Below, in pieces: positions 1-10,366 of a stretch of DNA of 64,000 bases. Under the pieces are notes generated by a model. The model was not told the DNA's origin. It did no database searches and saw nothing but the letters and a program-made list of their open reading frames with translations. Where the stretch lies: the NCBI GenBank assembly GCA_965218795.1, contig OZ244653.1, positions 320,001 through 384,000 of the forward strand. Reading direction: 5' to 3'. Each line of letters opens with the position of its first letter. Positions within the stretch are counted from its first letter, which is position 1. The stretch comes from a bacterium. Its GTDB lineage: Bacteria; UBA8248; JACPRG01; G963555815. Both the position numbers and the translations under genes were made by a program.

Positions 1-513
1 GTCATCTCGGCCGTGGTCAAAGGGCGGAAAGTGAAGGTTCGACTGACGGACCCCACGTCGATGGAACGGGACGTCAGGCTCCCGTCAAACGGCCGGGACC
101 TCCACCTGCAAACCCTCAACACGGGCGTACCGCACGCGGTAGGGTTCGTGGAAGACCTCGAGGGTTGCGATGTGGTGGAGGTGGGCCGCTATGTGCGTCA
201 CCATGCCCGTTTTCAGCCCGCCGGGACCAATATGAATTTTGCCAAGGTGATGGAGCGCGGGCGGATCGCCATCCGGACCTATGAACGGGGAGTGGAGGAC
301 GAGACCCTGGCTTGCGGAACAGGGGCGGTGGCCTCCGCCCTCGCCTCGACGGAACTGGGATTCACCGACTCCCCTGTGGACGTTGTAACGCGGAGCGGCG
401 AAGTGCTTCAGATTAGCTTTCAGAAAGAAGGAGACCGATATTCAGAAGTCCATATGGAGGGAGAAACGACCCTGGTCTATGAGGGGTCACTGAACGAAGA
501 GGCCTGGGAGTAG
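1..513 (+). CDS. dapF: Diaminopimelate epimerase (5' end truncated by window)
   Basis: Motifs NTGVPHAV, GTNMNF and RTYERGVEDETLACGTGA; frame is open from base 1; precedes dapA. Confidence 0.95.
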   Translation, partial: VISAVVKGRKVKVRLTDPTSMERDVRLPSNGRDLHLQTLNTGVPHAVGFVEDLEGCDVVEVGRYVRHHARFQPAGTNMNFAKVMERGRIAIRTYERGVEDETLACGTGAVASALASTELGFTDSPVDVVTRSGEVLQISFQKEGDRYSEVHMEGETTLVYEGSLNEEAWE

Positions 514-548
514 GGGACCGCCGGGTGCTTCGATAAAGGGGAGCCGCC

Positions 549-1424
549 ATGTTTCATGGATCGAATGTCGCCATCGTTACGCCGTTCAATAACAGCGGCG
601 TGGATGAAGAGGCCCTGCGCGGATTGATTGAATGGCACATCGAGAGCGGGACGCACGGAATCGTTTCCTGCGGGACGACCGGCGAGTCCGCCACCCTCTC
701 TCATGAGGAGCACGACCGGGTGGTGGAGTTCACCCTGGAGGTCGTCAATGGGCGAATTCCGGTCATTGCGGGGGCCGGCTCCAATTCGACGCAGGAGGCC
801 ATCCGGCGGACCCGGTACGCCAGATCGGCGGGGGCCGATGGAGCCCTCCTCGTGGTTCCGTATTACAACAAGCCGACCCAGGAAGGTATGTTCCAGCATT
901 TTCGGGCGGTTGCGGAGGCCGTGGACATCCCCGTCATTCTGTACAACGTCCCCGGCCGGACGGTCGCCAACATGCAGCCTGAGACCGTTGCCCGCTTGGC
1001 GGAAATCCCGAATATCGTGGGAATTAAGGAGGCGACCGGCTCGTTGGCTCAAGTCAGCGATGTCATTGGCTTGTGCCCGGAGAAATTCACCGTCCTGTCG
1101 GGCGAAGACTCCGTGGTGTTGCCGATGTATTCGGTCGGCGGGCGGGGCGTTATATCGGTCACGGCGAACGTTGCTCCCAAGGACATGGCAGAGATGTGCG
1201 ACGCGGCGGAAGAGGGCGACTGGCAAAGGGCGCGCGATTTGCACTACAAACTTCGTCCACTGAGCGCCGCGATGTTCTTCGAGACCAACCCCATCCCGGC
1301 GAAGATGGCCCTGAGCCTGATGGGAAAGATTCAGGGCGATCTGCGCCTCCCGTTATGCCCCATGGGTGAGGTCCCTCGCGAAATGCTTGTCGAGACGATG
1401 AAGGCATACGGTTTGCTCAACTGA
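549..1424 (+). CDS. dapA: 4-hydroxy-tetrahydrodipicolinate synthase
   Basis: GTTGES, PYYNKPTQEG, LYNVPGRT and IVGIKEATG motifs; RBS GGGAG. Confidence 0.97.
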   Translation: MFHGSNVAIVTPFNNSGVDEEALRGLIEWHIESGTHGIVSCGTTGESATLSHEEHDRVVEFTLEVVNGRIPVIAGAGSNSTQEAIRRTRYARSAGADGALLVVPYYNKPTQEGMFQHFRAVAEAVDIPVILYNVPGRTVANMQPETVARLAEIPNIVGIKEATGSLAQVSDVIGLCPEKFTVLSGEDSVVLPMYSVGGRGVISVTANVAPKDMAEMCDAAEEGDWQRARDLHYKLRPLSAAMFFETNPIPAKMALSLMGKIQGDLRLPLCPMGEVPREMLVETMKAYGLLN

Positions 1425-1551
1425 GATCCCGAGGTCGCAAGCCTCCCCGGCATTTGGACCGCTCGAAACGAAGAAGTCGGGATCGGGGGGGGAATCGGCG
1501 ATAATCGTCCTGAAGGGAGTGAGATTGAAGAACCCGTTGAGGCCATCGGAG

Positions 1552-3177
1552 ATGAAAAGGAACGTTTTGGCCCTCCTGTTGCTGGTGGTCGCGCTCGGAC
1601 TCGGGTTTCCTTCAGGCACGGTCCGATCCAGTTGGAGAGCTGGGCCCGCTCCCGCATGGGGTCTGGCGGAATCACCCTTCCACGTCATCGAAGAGGCCTT
1701 TTCGATTCTCCGAAAAAACCACCATTCTGATCCGCAACCCCCGAAGATCATACGGGGCGCAATGGATGCGGTGTACGAAAAGGTGAAGGAGGACGAGGGA
1801 GCGGACCGTATCCAACAAACCGAGAAGAACGGGGTTATCACTTGGCAGGTGGGCAAGAAGGCGGTTAAGGTCCCGATCGAGGATCATGTTGAGGCCGACA
1901 TCGAGTCCTTCGAGCGCGCCTTTGAGATGGTGCGAACAGCCTATTATCCCGAAGAGAAAAAGTCGCGCGATTTGGCCTATGCGGCGATCAGGGGCATGAT
2001 GAGGCCGCTCGACCCCCACAGCGCCCTGATGACACCGGAGTCCTTCAGGGAGCTCCAGGTGGAGACCAAGGGGGAGTTCGAAGGCATCGGGATTGAGATC
2101 ACGATCCGGGATGGAAAGCTCACCGTGGTCTCCCCCATTGAAGGGACCCCCGCTCACCGGTTGGGTATCAAGACCAACGATCACATCATCAAGATTGAGG
2201 ACTTTGACACCAAGGGGATCTCCCTCTTGGGAGCCGTCCGGCGGATGCGCGGCCGGAAGGGCACAACGGTTACCATTCAGGTGAGCCGGAAGAATTACGA
2301 CAAGCCGCTCATGTTTACCATCGTTCGCGACATGATCCAGATTCGCACGGTCAAGAGAAAAATGCTCCCGGGGAAGATCGGCTACATCCGCCTGCGGAGC
2401 TTTGTCGAATCATCCAGTACCGAACTGTTTAGGGAGGTGAAGAAGATTAAAAAGGACCAGGCTCGGGGATTGATTCTGGACCTCAGAAACAATCCCGGCG
2501 GCCTGCTTCGCCAGGCGGTTCAGGTTTCCGACATGTTTTTGGGCCGGGGATCCACGATCGTTTATACAAAAGGCAAGCGTCCGCAGCACAATTTGCGCTT
2601 CGTCGACAAGCAGCCCGGTCCCTTTGACAGGATACCGATGGTCGTTCTCGTGAATTCGGGGAGTGCCAGTGCATCGGAAATCGTCACCGGAGCGCTTCAG
2701 GATTTGCAGCGGGCCCTGGTCATCGGGACCCGAACGTTCGGAAAAGGTTCCGTCCAGACCATCATTCCCTTGAGCGACGGTGCAGGGCTCCGAGTGACGA
2801 CGGCGCTGTATTACACTTCCAAAGGCCGTGAGATTCAAGCCAAGGGAATCTTACCGGACGCGATCGTCCGACAGCCCGGTGACACCCGGAGCGATGACTT
2901 CGTTCTGGAAAAGGAATTTCTTCGACGTCGGGGTCAAAAGGCGCCGGCGGGCGACGGGAACAAGAGCAAGCGGGACCCGCCTCATCCCAAACCCAAACCG
3001 GTCAGGCCCATCGAGTTGGGGTCGAAAGACGACCACCAGTTGAATGTTGCGCGCCGCATCCTGGATGAGATGCCGGACCGCCGCGTGGCCCGACTCATGA
3101 TTCGCGCCCGCCAGATTCTCTCTTCGATCGGGAAGGAGCAGACGCGAATCGAGCGGGAGAGGGAGGTCCGACCTTGA
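1552..3177 (+). CDS. ctpA: S41 C-terminal processing protease with PDZ domain
   Basis: Signal peptide, LDPHS, GIGIEI PDZ loop, LDLRNNPGG, SASASEI, TFGKGSVQ; alternative GTG start at 1519. Confidence 0.92.
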   Translation: MKRNVLALLLLVVALGLGFPSGTVRSSWRAGPAPAWGLAESPFHVIEEAFSILRKNHHSDPQPPKIIRGAMDAVYEKVKEDEGADRIQQTEKNGVITWQVGKKAVKVPIEDHVEADIESFERAFEMVRTAYYPEEKKSRDLAYAAIRGMMRPLDPHSALMTPESFRELQVETKGEFEGIGIEITIRDGKLTVVSPIEGTPAHRLGIKTNDHIIKIEDFDTKGISLLGAVRRMRGRKGTTVTIQVSRKNYDKPLMFTIVRDMIQIRTVKRKMLPGKIGYIRLRSFVESSSTELFREVKKIKKDQARGLILDLRNNPGGLLRQAVQVSDMFLGRGSTIVYTKGKRPQHNLRFVDKQPGPFDRIPMVVLVNSGSASASEIVTGALQDLQRALVIGTRTFGKGSVQTIIPLSDGAGLRVTTALYYTSKGREIQAKGILPDAIVRQPGDTRSDDFVLEKEFLRRRGQKAPAGDGNKSKRDPPHPKPKPVRPIELGSKDDHQLNVARRILDEMPDRRVARLMIRARQILSSIGKEQTRIEREREVRP

Positions 3178-3980
3178 TCCGCGCAACCGTTGCAGGCGCG
3201 GCAGGACGGATGGGCGGATGCAATATCCGTGCAATTTGCGAGGCGGATGACTTTGAGCTCGCGGGGGCTTTTGAAGCGCGCGATCATCCCTCCGTTGGAG
3301 AAGATGCAGGTACGGTTGCAGGTGTCGGCCCGTTGGGCGTTCCCGTCCTGGAGAGTATCGAAGAGGCCATCGCAGACGGTGACGTCGTCCTGGATTTCAC
3401 AGCACCGGATGCCTCCCTCGAGAATGCAAGCCAGGCCGCTTCCTTGGGCAAGGCGGCCGTGATCGGCACAACGGGGTTTGAGCCGGACCAAAAGCAAGCC
3501 ATAACGGAATTGGGAGACCGGCTGCGCGCCGTGGTGGCCCCCAACATGAGCGTCGGGGTGAACGTGACCATTGAGTTGGTCAAGGTCGCCGCACGGCTTC
3601 TCGGTGAGGAGTTCGATGTCGAATTGGTGGAGGCCCACCACCATTTCAAGAAGGACGCGCCCAGCGGGACGGCCCTGGCGCTCGCGGAGGCGGCGGCATC
3701 CGCACTGGGACGGGATCTGGCCGAGGTCGGCGTGTACGGTAGACACGGCCAGGTCGGAGAGAGAACCCAGCCGGAAATCGGCGTGATGACTCTCCGGGCG
3801 GGCGACCTCGTCGGCGAGCATACCGTGCTGTTCGGAGGCATCGGAGAGCGCGTTGAGATCGTCCATCGAGCCCACAGCCGTGACAACTTTGCGCGAGGCG
3901 CCCTGCGAGCGGCCCGATGGGTTTTGAATAAACCCGCCTGTATTTATTCCATGGCGGATGTCCTCGGCCTGACGACCTGA
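3174..3980 (+). CDS. dapB: 4-hydroxy-tetrahydrodipicolinate reductase
   Basis: GAAGRMG, GTTG, APNMSVGVN and EAHHHFKKDAPSGTA; TTG start overlaps the ctpA stop. Confidence 0.96.
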   Translation: MIRATVAGAAGRMGGCNIRAICEADDFELAGAFEARDHPSVGEDAGTVAGVGPLGVPVLESIEEAIADGDVVLDFTAPDASLENASQAASLGKAAVIGTTGFEPDQKQAITELGDRLRAVVAPNMSVGVNVTIELVKVAARLLGEEFDVELVEAHHHFKKDAPSGTALALAEAAASALGRDLAEVGVYGRHGQVGERTQPEIGVMTLRAGDLVGEHTVLFGGIGERVEIVHRAHSRDNFARGALRAARWVLNKPACIYSMADVLGLTT

Positions 3981-4100
3981 CCCAGCCTTTTCAGCCGTAG
4001 TCCGGCTTTCTTCCAGAAAGTTTGATTCATTTCATGTTTCTTTCGTTATGCAAGCGGAAATTTCTGCCTCTGCAACCCAACGAGGAGCTAAAGTAAAAAA

Positions 4101-4270
4101 GGAATGATACGCTTGACCAGCCAGGAGTATCATTCTCCGGGGGTTCCCGTGGACCCGTACCTCGCCTCGAGCTCGTCACGCGCCGTGTAAGTCGATTCCT
4201 CTCTCGAGAATGGATCCCGCGGAAGCGGGAATCCAGAAAAAAGGCTTGGCTGGTCAAGCGTATCATTTCC
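4101..4270. mobile_element. Putative MITE with ~23-bp terminal inverted repeats and a TAAAAAA target-site duplication
   Basis: GGAATGATACGCTTGACCAGCCA at 4101-4123; TGGCTGGTCAAGCGTATCATTTCC at 4247-4270; TAAAAAA at 4094-4100 and 4271-4277. Confidence 0.75.
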
Positions 4271-4485
4271 TAAAAAAACAATGGTGGTTACTTCGGGGGA
4301 GGCGGCAACTTTTAGAGACTGAGGGATCGGGTCAACGGAAATTTCTGTCTCATTGGTGCTGGATTCCAGTTCCAGCCCGTCGCCAAGCCTGCAACCATCC
4401 TTCCAAATCCTCGGCACACTCCTTCCGGAAATCGCCTGAGAGCCGTCATCCGTCTGCGGTCTTGATCCTGCTCGCAGGTCCCGGA

Positions 4486-5199
4486 TCAGAACTCCTTCGT
4501 TTCTCCCGGCTGAAAATCGGCCACTTCCAGGTCCGCCACTTGTATCGTCAGTTGCTTGAATTCCTCCACCGTCCCTGTGAGCAGCGGAAACGTCCCGTAA
4601 TGGCAGGGGATGACGATATGGGGCTCCAGCAACCTGCACGCGTAGGCGGCCTCTTTGGGATCCATCGTGAAGTGGCTCCCGATGGGGAGGACGGCCATCG
4701 TCGGGGCATACAATTCGTGAATGATCCGCATGTCCCCGAAGACGTTCGTGTCTCCGGCGAAGTAAACTTTGAAGGCGTTCTCAAATTCAACCACGTATCC
4801 AGCGGGCTCGCCCAGGTAGATGGGCTTGCCGTTATCATCCGCCGAGGAACTGTGCTGGGCGTGGGTCATGGTGAACTTGATGCCTTCGACCGTCTGGGTC
4901 CCTCCTTTGTTCATCCCGCTGGCGTTCTCCACTCCCTGTCCGGCCAGCCATATGGCCAGCTCGTTCTGAGCGACGAGTGTGGGCTTGTGGACCTTGGCGA
5001 TCTCGACCGTATCGCCGACGTGATCGAAATGACCGTGGGTGAGAAGGATGACGTCGCAGGTCTCGACGTTCTTGCACTCATCAGGACAGGAGGGATTCCC
5101 GTTGAGCCAGGGATCCAAGTAAATCGTCTTCCCGCCCGGAGACAGAACCTTGAAACTTCCGTGTCCGAGCCAAGTGATGTTCAAATTCTTGGTTCCCAT
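4486..5199 (-). CDS. Metal-dependent hydrolase, metallo-beta-lactamase fold (UPF0173-like)
   Basis: WLGHGS, THGHFDHVGD, YFAGDT and IPCHYGTF motifs. Confidence 0.9.
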   Translation of the reverse strand: MGTKNLNITWLGHGSFKVLSPGGKTIYLDPWLNGNPSCPDECKNVETCDVILLTHGHFDHVGDTVEIAKVHKPTLVAQNELAIWLAGQGVENASGMNKGGTQTVEGIKFTMTHAQHSSSADDNGKPIYLGEPAGYVVEFENAFKVYFAGDTNVFGDMRIIHELYAPTMAVLPIGSHFTMDPKEAAYACRLLEPHIVIPCHYGTFPLLTGTVEEFKQLTIQVADLEVADFQPGETKEF

Positions 5200-5336
5200 C
5201 GCTTCTCCTCTCCCGACCGAAATGGATACGTTAGAGCCGGTAATGCAAGGCTGTCGAATTTACCGGGTCGGCCCAATGACTTCAAGCCGGCCGGCGGAAC
5301 ATCTCATCCGGTTTGGCCCGGCAGGTCAGGCGGTCC

Positions 5337-5996
5337 TCAAACACATGGGATCTCTTTGAGGTCCGGGGAGACCGAGAACCGCGCCGCCGTTTTTCCCTCG
5401 ATTTCTTCGACGCTGACGCCAGGAGCCTGTTCCAGGAGAACAAGGCCGTTTTCCGTTACGTCCATCACGCAAAGATCCGTGAAAATCATGTCGACGACAC
5501 CCGCCCCGGTCAACGGGAGGTCGCAATGGGGAACGATCTTCGATACTCCCTTTTTCGTCACATGCTCCATCAGGACGAACACCTGCTTGGCCCCCGCCAC
5601 CAAGTCCATGGCGCCGCCCATGCCGGCGACCATCCGTCCGGGGATCATCCAGTTGGCCAAGTCCCCGTTTTCGGCGACCTGCATCGCCCCCAGGATGGTG
5701 GCATCGACGTGACCGCCGCGGATCATGCCGAACGCGGTTGCGCTGTCGCAAAAAGCCGCGCCCGGAAGGACGGTGATGGTCTCCTTGCTGGCGTTGATGA
5801 GATCCGCCTCTTGGGCCCCCTTCTTCGGAAACGGGCCCATCGCCAACACACCGTTTTCCGACTGGAGTGTGACCTGCTTGTCGGATGAGATATAGTTCCC
5901 GACCAGGGTAGGCATTCCGATGCCCAGGTTGATGTAATCCCCGTCCTTCAGCTCCATGGCCGCTCGGGCCGCAATTTGCTCGCGCGACAGGCTCAA
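5337..5996 (-). CDS. 3-oxoacid CoA-transferase subunit B
   Basis: NLGIGMP, catalytic [13 protein letters not shown]. Confidence 0.93.
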   Translation of the reverse strand: MSLSREQIAARAAMELKDGDYINLGIGMPTLVGNYISSDKQVTLQSENGVLAMGPFPKKGAQEADLINASKETITVLPGAAFCDSATAFGMIRGGHVDATILGAMQVAENGDLANWMIPGRMVAGMGGAMDLVAGAKQVFVLMEHVTKKGVSKIVPHCDLPLTGAGVVDMIFTDLCVMDVTENGLVLLEQAPGVSVEEIEGKTAARFSVSPDLKEIPCV

Positions 5997-6703
5997 TCTT
6001 CTCGGGCTCCTTCATCCTGCACCGTCAGAATCTCGATCCGCTTTTCGAACTTCGCCCCTTGAAAGATCCGCTGAACGAAGATTCCCGGCGTGTGGACCTG
6101 ATTGGGGTCCAGCTCGCCGGCGGAGACGAGCTGTTCGACCTCCGCGATCGTGATCCGGCCCGCCATGGCCATCACATGGTTGAAGTTTTGGGCGGTCATC
6201 CGGTAGATCAGGTTGCCGGCCGTGTCCCCCTTCCATGCCTTCACGAATGCGAAATCGGCGGAGAGGGGAAGTTCCAGAACGTACGTTTCGCCGTCGATGA
6301 CCTTCGTCTCTTTGTTTTCCGCAACGATGGTTCCCACGCCGGTCCTGGTGTAGAATCCGCCTACGCCTACGCCCGCGGCCCGGATTCGCTCGGCGAAAGT
6401 CCCCTGCGGAACGAACTCCACTTCGATTTCTCCGGCCAGGTATTGGCGCTCGAGCTCCTTGTTGGCCCCGATCCGGCTGCAGATCATCTTCCGGACGTGT
6501 CGGGCCGACAACCATTTTCCGAGGAACCAGTCGTCGACACCCGCCCCGTTGCTGATCACGGTCAGATCCCGGGCCTTCGTATCACAGACGGCATCAATGA
6601 GCTCTTCCACAGCGCCGCAGATGCCGAATCCGCCCGCCATGATGGTGGCGCCGTCCTGAAGGTCGAAAACCGCCTCTCGCGCGGATTGAAAGACTTGGGC
6701 CAT
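5993..6703 (-). CDS. 3-oxoacid CoA-transferase subunit A
   Basis: [32 protein letters not shown]. Confidence 0.93.
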   Translation of the reverse strand: MAQVFQSAREAVFDLQDGATIMAGGFGICGAVEELIDAVCDTKARDLTVISNGAGVDDWFLGKWLSARHVRKMICSRIGANKELERQYLAGEIEVEFVPQGTFAERIRAAGVGVGGFYTRTGVGTIVAENKETKVIDGETYVLELPLSADFAFVKAWKGDTAGNLIYRMTAQNFNHVMAMAGRITIAEVEQLVSAGELDPNQVHTPGIFVQRIFQGAKFEKRIEILTVQDEGARED

Positions 6704-7092
6704 GCAACCTCCCTGATATTCCGGAAAAACTCTGTTGCCCCGTCCGGCAAACCCTGCACATTCTAACAGAAAGAAACCTCGTGACGAGAACCCAACCGGC
6801 GGGAAATCGAATCACCGGCTTGATACCGAGACGGCCGCTTTTTTTACCCTCCCCACTTTTTCAGTCTGTTGCGGGTGTGGGAGGCTTGGGATAACATGAG
6901 TCGTCATTCGGTTGTTGTGAATGACGCACCAGATCGAGACGTGAGACAGAAAAAACGATCCCGCCTCGATGGTCCATCGCAATCGAAGCTCTTGCTTGAA
7001 CAACGCCGTCCGCGGCGATGACGGATACAGGCGGCGCCGATTGGATGAGATCCACAACAGGCCATCGAGCCATCCCATGACACCCAACGGAT

Positions 7093-8271
7093 ATGGATGA
7101 AATCATGATTCTGGACCGGGCAGAGCGTTTAAAGCGGCTTCCTCCTTATCTCTTTGCCGAGATAGACAGGATGAAGTCGGAGGCGGCGAAGACGGGGTTG
7201 GATATCATCAGCTTCGGCATCGGGGATCCGGATTTGCCCACCCCGCCGCACATCATCGAGGCACTCGAAAAAGGAGCTCAGAATCCCGCGAATCATCAAT
7301 ATCCCTCCTATGAGGGAATGATCACCTTTCGGCAGGCGGTGGCGGACTGGTATATGCAGCGATTTGGCGTAGACCTGGACCCCGAACATGAGGTGCTGTC
7401 CCTCATCGGCTCCAAGGAGGGCATCGCGCATATCTCTCTGGCTTTTCTCAATCCCGGGGATGTGGCGATCATCCCGGACCCTGCCTATCCCGTGTATCAC
7501 GCCGGCGCGGTTTTCGCAGGGGGCGAGACAGTCTCGATGCCCTTGGAGGCCGAGAACGATTTTTTGCCCGATTTGGAAGACCTCAAGCGGAGTGTCCTGC
7601 AGCGGGCCAAGTTGCTGTTCCTGAATTACCCCAACAATCCGACGGCGGCCGTGGCGACGGAGGATTTTTTCTCGCAGGCGGTCGAGTTCGCGCGGGAACA
7701 CGAGATCATTCTGGCGCACGATGCGGCTTATTCCGAAATGTACTTCGACGACGTCCAGACCCGGAGCATTATGCAGACGCCGGGTGCCAAAGACGTTGCC
7801 GTTGAATTCCATAGCGTGTCGAAGACCTACAATATGACCGGCTGGCGGATCGGATTCGTCGTCGGCAACGCGGAGGTTCTCGCCGGTCTCGGGGCTGTCA
7901 AGACGAATATTGATTCGGGCGCCTTCCAGGCCGTGCAAGAGGCGGCGATTGCAGCCCTGACGGGCGATCAGTCCTGTGTGGAGGAAATGCGGTCCACGTA
8001 CGAGAAGCGCCGGAACGTCCTGATCGAGGGATTGCAGTCTCTGGGCCTGGAGGTCAACAAGCCGTCCGCGACTTTTTATGTCTGGTTCCCGGCGCCCGCA
8101 CAGTATTCTTCCATAGATTTCACAGCGCACCTCCTGAAGGAGACGGGCGTTGTCGTGACCCCGGGAAACGGCTTCGGCGAAGCCGGGGAGGGATTCGTCA
8201 GGATGACCCTGACCCAGACCGAGGAGCGAATCCGGGAGGCGCTGGAACGAATCCGGAATGCCGGGTTCTGA
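7093..8271 (+). CDS. dapL: LL-diaminopimelate aminotransferase
   Basis: PPYLFAEID, GSKEGIAH, NYPNNPT, SKTYNMTGWR (PLP lysine), NIDSGAF; near the dap genes. Confidence 0.9.
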   Translation: MDEIMILDRAERLKRLPPYLFAEIDRMKSEAAKTGLDIISFGIGDPDLPTPPHIIEALEKGAQNPANHQYPSYEGMITFRQAVADWYMQRFGVDLDPEHEVLSLIGSKEGIAHISLAFLNPGDVAIIPDPAYPVYHAGAVFAGGETVSMPLEAENDFLPDLEDLKRSVLQRAKLLFLNYPNNPTAAVATEDFFSQAVEFAREHEIILAHDAAYSEMYFDDVQTRSIMQTPGAKDVAVEFHSVSKTYNMTGWRIGFVVGNAEVLAGLGAVKTNIDSGAFQAVQEAAIAALTGDQSCVEEMRSTYEKRRNVLIEGLQSLGLEVNKPSATFYVWFPAPAQYSSIDFTAHLLKETGVVVTPGNGFGEAGEGFVRMTLTQTEERIREALERIRNAGF

Positions 8272-8279
8272 GCGCGAAC

Positions 8280-8792
8280 GTGGCTTTCATGCGCGACTCT
8301 GGCCATGTGGTCGCATTCATCGCAATAGGCTCGAACCTGGAGGGTCCGAAGGAACGCTGCGAGGAAGCCGCGGACCGATTGGGCGCGACGACTGGAATTC
8401 GGGTCGTCGCCCAGTCGAGATGGTATCTTACCGACCCTGTGGGCCCCGTCTTACAGCCGGATTTCATCAATGGCGTCCTTCAGGTGGAAACCCGCCTCGA
8501 CCCGCCGGACCTGCTGGGGACGCTGAAAGAGATCGAGTGCAACATGGGCCGAACGACCGTCGTTCGATGGGGTCCCCGCGTGATCGATCTGGATATTCTT
8601 CTCTATGGGAATGAGGTCCGGACCGAGCCGGATCTGACGATCCCGCACCCCGAGATGGGGAATCGCCGCTTCGTTCTGGCTCCATTGTGCGATCTCGCGC
8701 CGGAAGCGAGGCATCCCGGGACCCGGAAGACGTTTCGGGAAATGCTGAATGCCTTGGGAGACGGGCCGCGTGTCGTCCCGCTTCCGGGCTGA
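8280..8792 (+). CDS. folK: 2-amino-4-hydroxy-6-hydroxymethyldihydropteridine diphosphokinase
   Basis: IAIGSNL, RWGPRVIDLDIL, IPHPEM, RRFVL. Confidence 0.95.
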   Translation: MAFMRDSGHVVAFIAIGSNLEGPKERCEEAADRLGATTGIRVVAQSRWYLTDPVGPVLQPDFINGVLQVETRLDPPDLLGTLKEIECNMGRTTVVRWGPRVIDLDILLYGNEVRTEPDLTIPHPEMGNRRFVLAPLCDLAPEARHPGTRKTFREMLNALGDGPRVVPLPG

Positions 8793-8806
8793 AGGCCCCG
8801 CAGGGC

Positions 8807-9439
8807 ATGGAATCAACTCGCTACATTGCCATCGAGGGCCCCATCGGGGTAGGAAAGACGACCTTGGCGGAGCGCTTGGCCGAAGTCATCGGCGCGGTGG
8901 TCCTACGGGAGGTTACCGAAGAGAACCCCTTCTTGTCCCATTTTTATCAGGACCCGAAGCGGTACGCTTTCCAGGTGCAGCTTTTCTTCCTCCTTAGCCG
9001 GTACCGGCAACAATTGGATCTCGCCCAGCTGGACTTGTTCCAGCGGAGCGTGGTGAGTGATTACGTCTTTGCCAAGGACCGCATCTTCGCCTATGCGAAT
9101 TTAGACGAAGACGAGATCGTCCTCTACGAGGAAGTCTATTCCCTCCTCCGCGCCCGTATCCCATCGCCGGACCTCGTTGTCCTGCTCCAGGCCGGAACCG
9201 GCGTTCTGATGGACCGTATCAAGAGCCGTCGTCGTGACTATGAGCGGCACGTCACGCTCGAGTATCTGGATCGGATCAACGAGGTCTACAATCGTTATTT
9301 CTTCCGCTACACAGAAACGCCACTCCTGGTCGTCAACACGGATTCCATCGACTTCGTTCACCGACAAGCGGATTTTGATGATCTTGTCCACGAGATTATG
9401 AACTTTATGCCGGGCACAACGATCTATGCGCCCAGGTGA
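8807..9439 (+). CDS. Deoxynucleoside kinase
   Basis: IAIEGPIGVGKTT P-loop, ENPFL, QLFFLLSR; usual position after folK. Confidence 0.92.
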   Translation: MESTRYIAIEGPIGVGKTTLAERLAEVIGAVVLREVTEENPFLSHFYQDPKRYAFQVQLFFLLSRYRQQLDLAQLDLFQRSVVSDYVFAKDRIFAYANLDEDEIVLYEEVYSLLRARIPSPDLVVLLQAGTGVLMDRIKSRRRDYERHVTLEYLDRINEVYNRYFFRYTETPLLVVNTDSIDFVHRQADFDDLVHEIMNFMPGTTIYAPR

Positions 9440-9526
9440 AGGTTTCGGGGGCTCACCCATGCAGGAAAGGGGTCGGCCGTCCGACGGAGCCATCGAACCC
9501 GCTGAGCCGGGAAGCATGACTGCAAG

Positions 9527-10366
9527 ATGAAGGTCCTGACGACGGCCCGGGAGATGAACCAGACCGTCCTCGCGCTTCGAGAGAAGGGGAAAACCTTGGG
9601 TCTGGTCCCCACGATGGGGATGTTTCACGCAGGCCACCTGAGCCTCATGCGGCGCGCGCGGGAAGAAAACGATGCGGTGATCGTCTCCCTGTTCGTCAAC
9701 CCGACGCAGTTCGGGCCGGGCGAAGATTATGAAAGTTACCCGAGGGAGCCGGAGATCGATCTTCAATTGGCCGAAAGGGAAGGGGTCGCTCTGGTGTTTC
9801 AGCCTTCGGTGGAAGAAATCTATCCTCCTGAAGACCGAACGGTGGTCGAGGTGCAGGAACTTTCCGATTTCCTTTGCGGTGCGAACCGCCCGGGACATTT
9901 CCGGGGGGTTACGACCGTCGTGGCTAAATTGCTGGCGGTTTGCGGCCCGCACCGGGCCTATTTCGGGAAAAAAGACTACCAGCAGTGGGTGATCATTCGC
10001 CGTATGGTATGGGACCTCGGATTGGGCGTGGAAATTGTTGGCTGTCCGATCATTCGTGAGCCGGACGGCCTCGCTTGCTCTTCGCGGAATGCGTATCTGA
10101 ACCCCGAGGACCGCGCCCGCGCTCCGGGTCTTCACCAGGCCCTGGAGCGAATCCGGGCAGGTGTCGCGGCCGGTCAGACAGAAACATCCGCATTGGTGAG
10201 CGACGCCAGAAATATTCTGGAAGATTACAACCTTCGGGAAGATTATTTGGCCGTTGTCGACCCCGAATCGCTCCAGGGCCTTGGCCGAATCCAGGGGCCG
10301 GCAGTTGCCTTGGGGGCCATCTGGTGCGGCAAGGCCCGCCTGATTGATAATGTTGAATTGATTTGA
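9527..10366 (+). CDS. panC: Pantoate--beta-alanine ligase
   Basis: VPTMG-x2-HAGH, FVNPTQF, RPGHFRGV, FGKKDYQQ, SSRN, RLIDN. Confidence 0.96.
   Translation: MKVLTTAREMNQTVLALREKGKTLGLVPTMGMFHAGHLSLMRRAREENDAVIVSLFVNPTQFGPGEDYESYPREPEIDLQLAEREGVALVFQPSVEEIYPPEDRTVVEVQELSDFLCGANRPGHFRGVTTVVAKLLAVCGPHRAYFGKKDYQQWVIIRRMVWDLGLGVEIVGCPIIREPDGLACSSRNAYLNPEDRARAPGLHQALERIRAGVAAGQTETSALVSDARNILEDYNLREDYLAVVDPESLQGLGRIQGPAVALGAIWCGKARLIDNVELI

Noticed and set aside
4210-5712. 500-aa plus-strand ORF
   Set aside because: Antisense shadow of the MBL hydrolase and CoA-transferase genes; no motifs; expected in GC-rich DNA
6704-7092. Possible lysine riboswitch or 6S RNA upstream of dapL (GTCATTC/GAATGAC and CTCGATGG/CCATCGAG pairs)
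   Set aside because: Could not find the L-box or 6S consensus elements by eye; needs an Rfam scan
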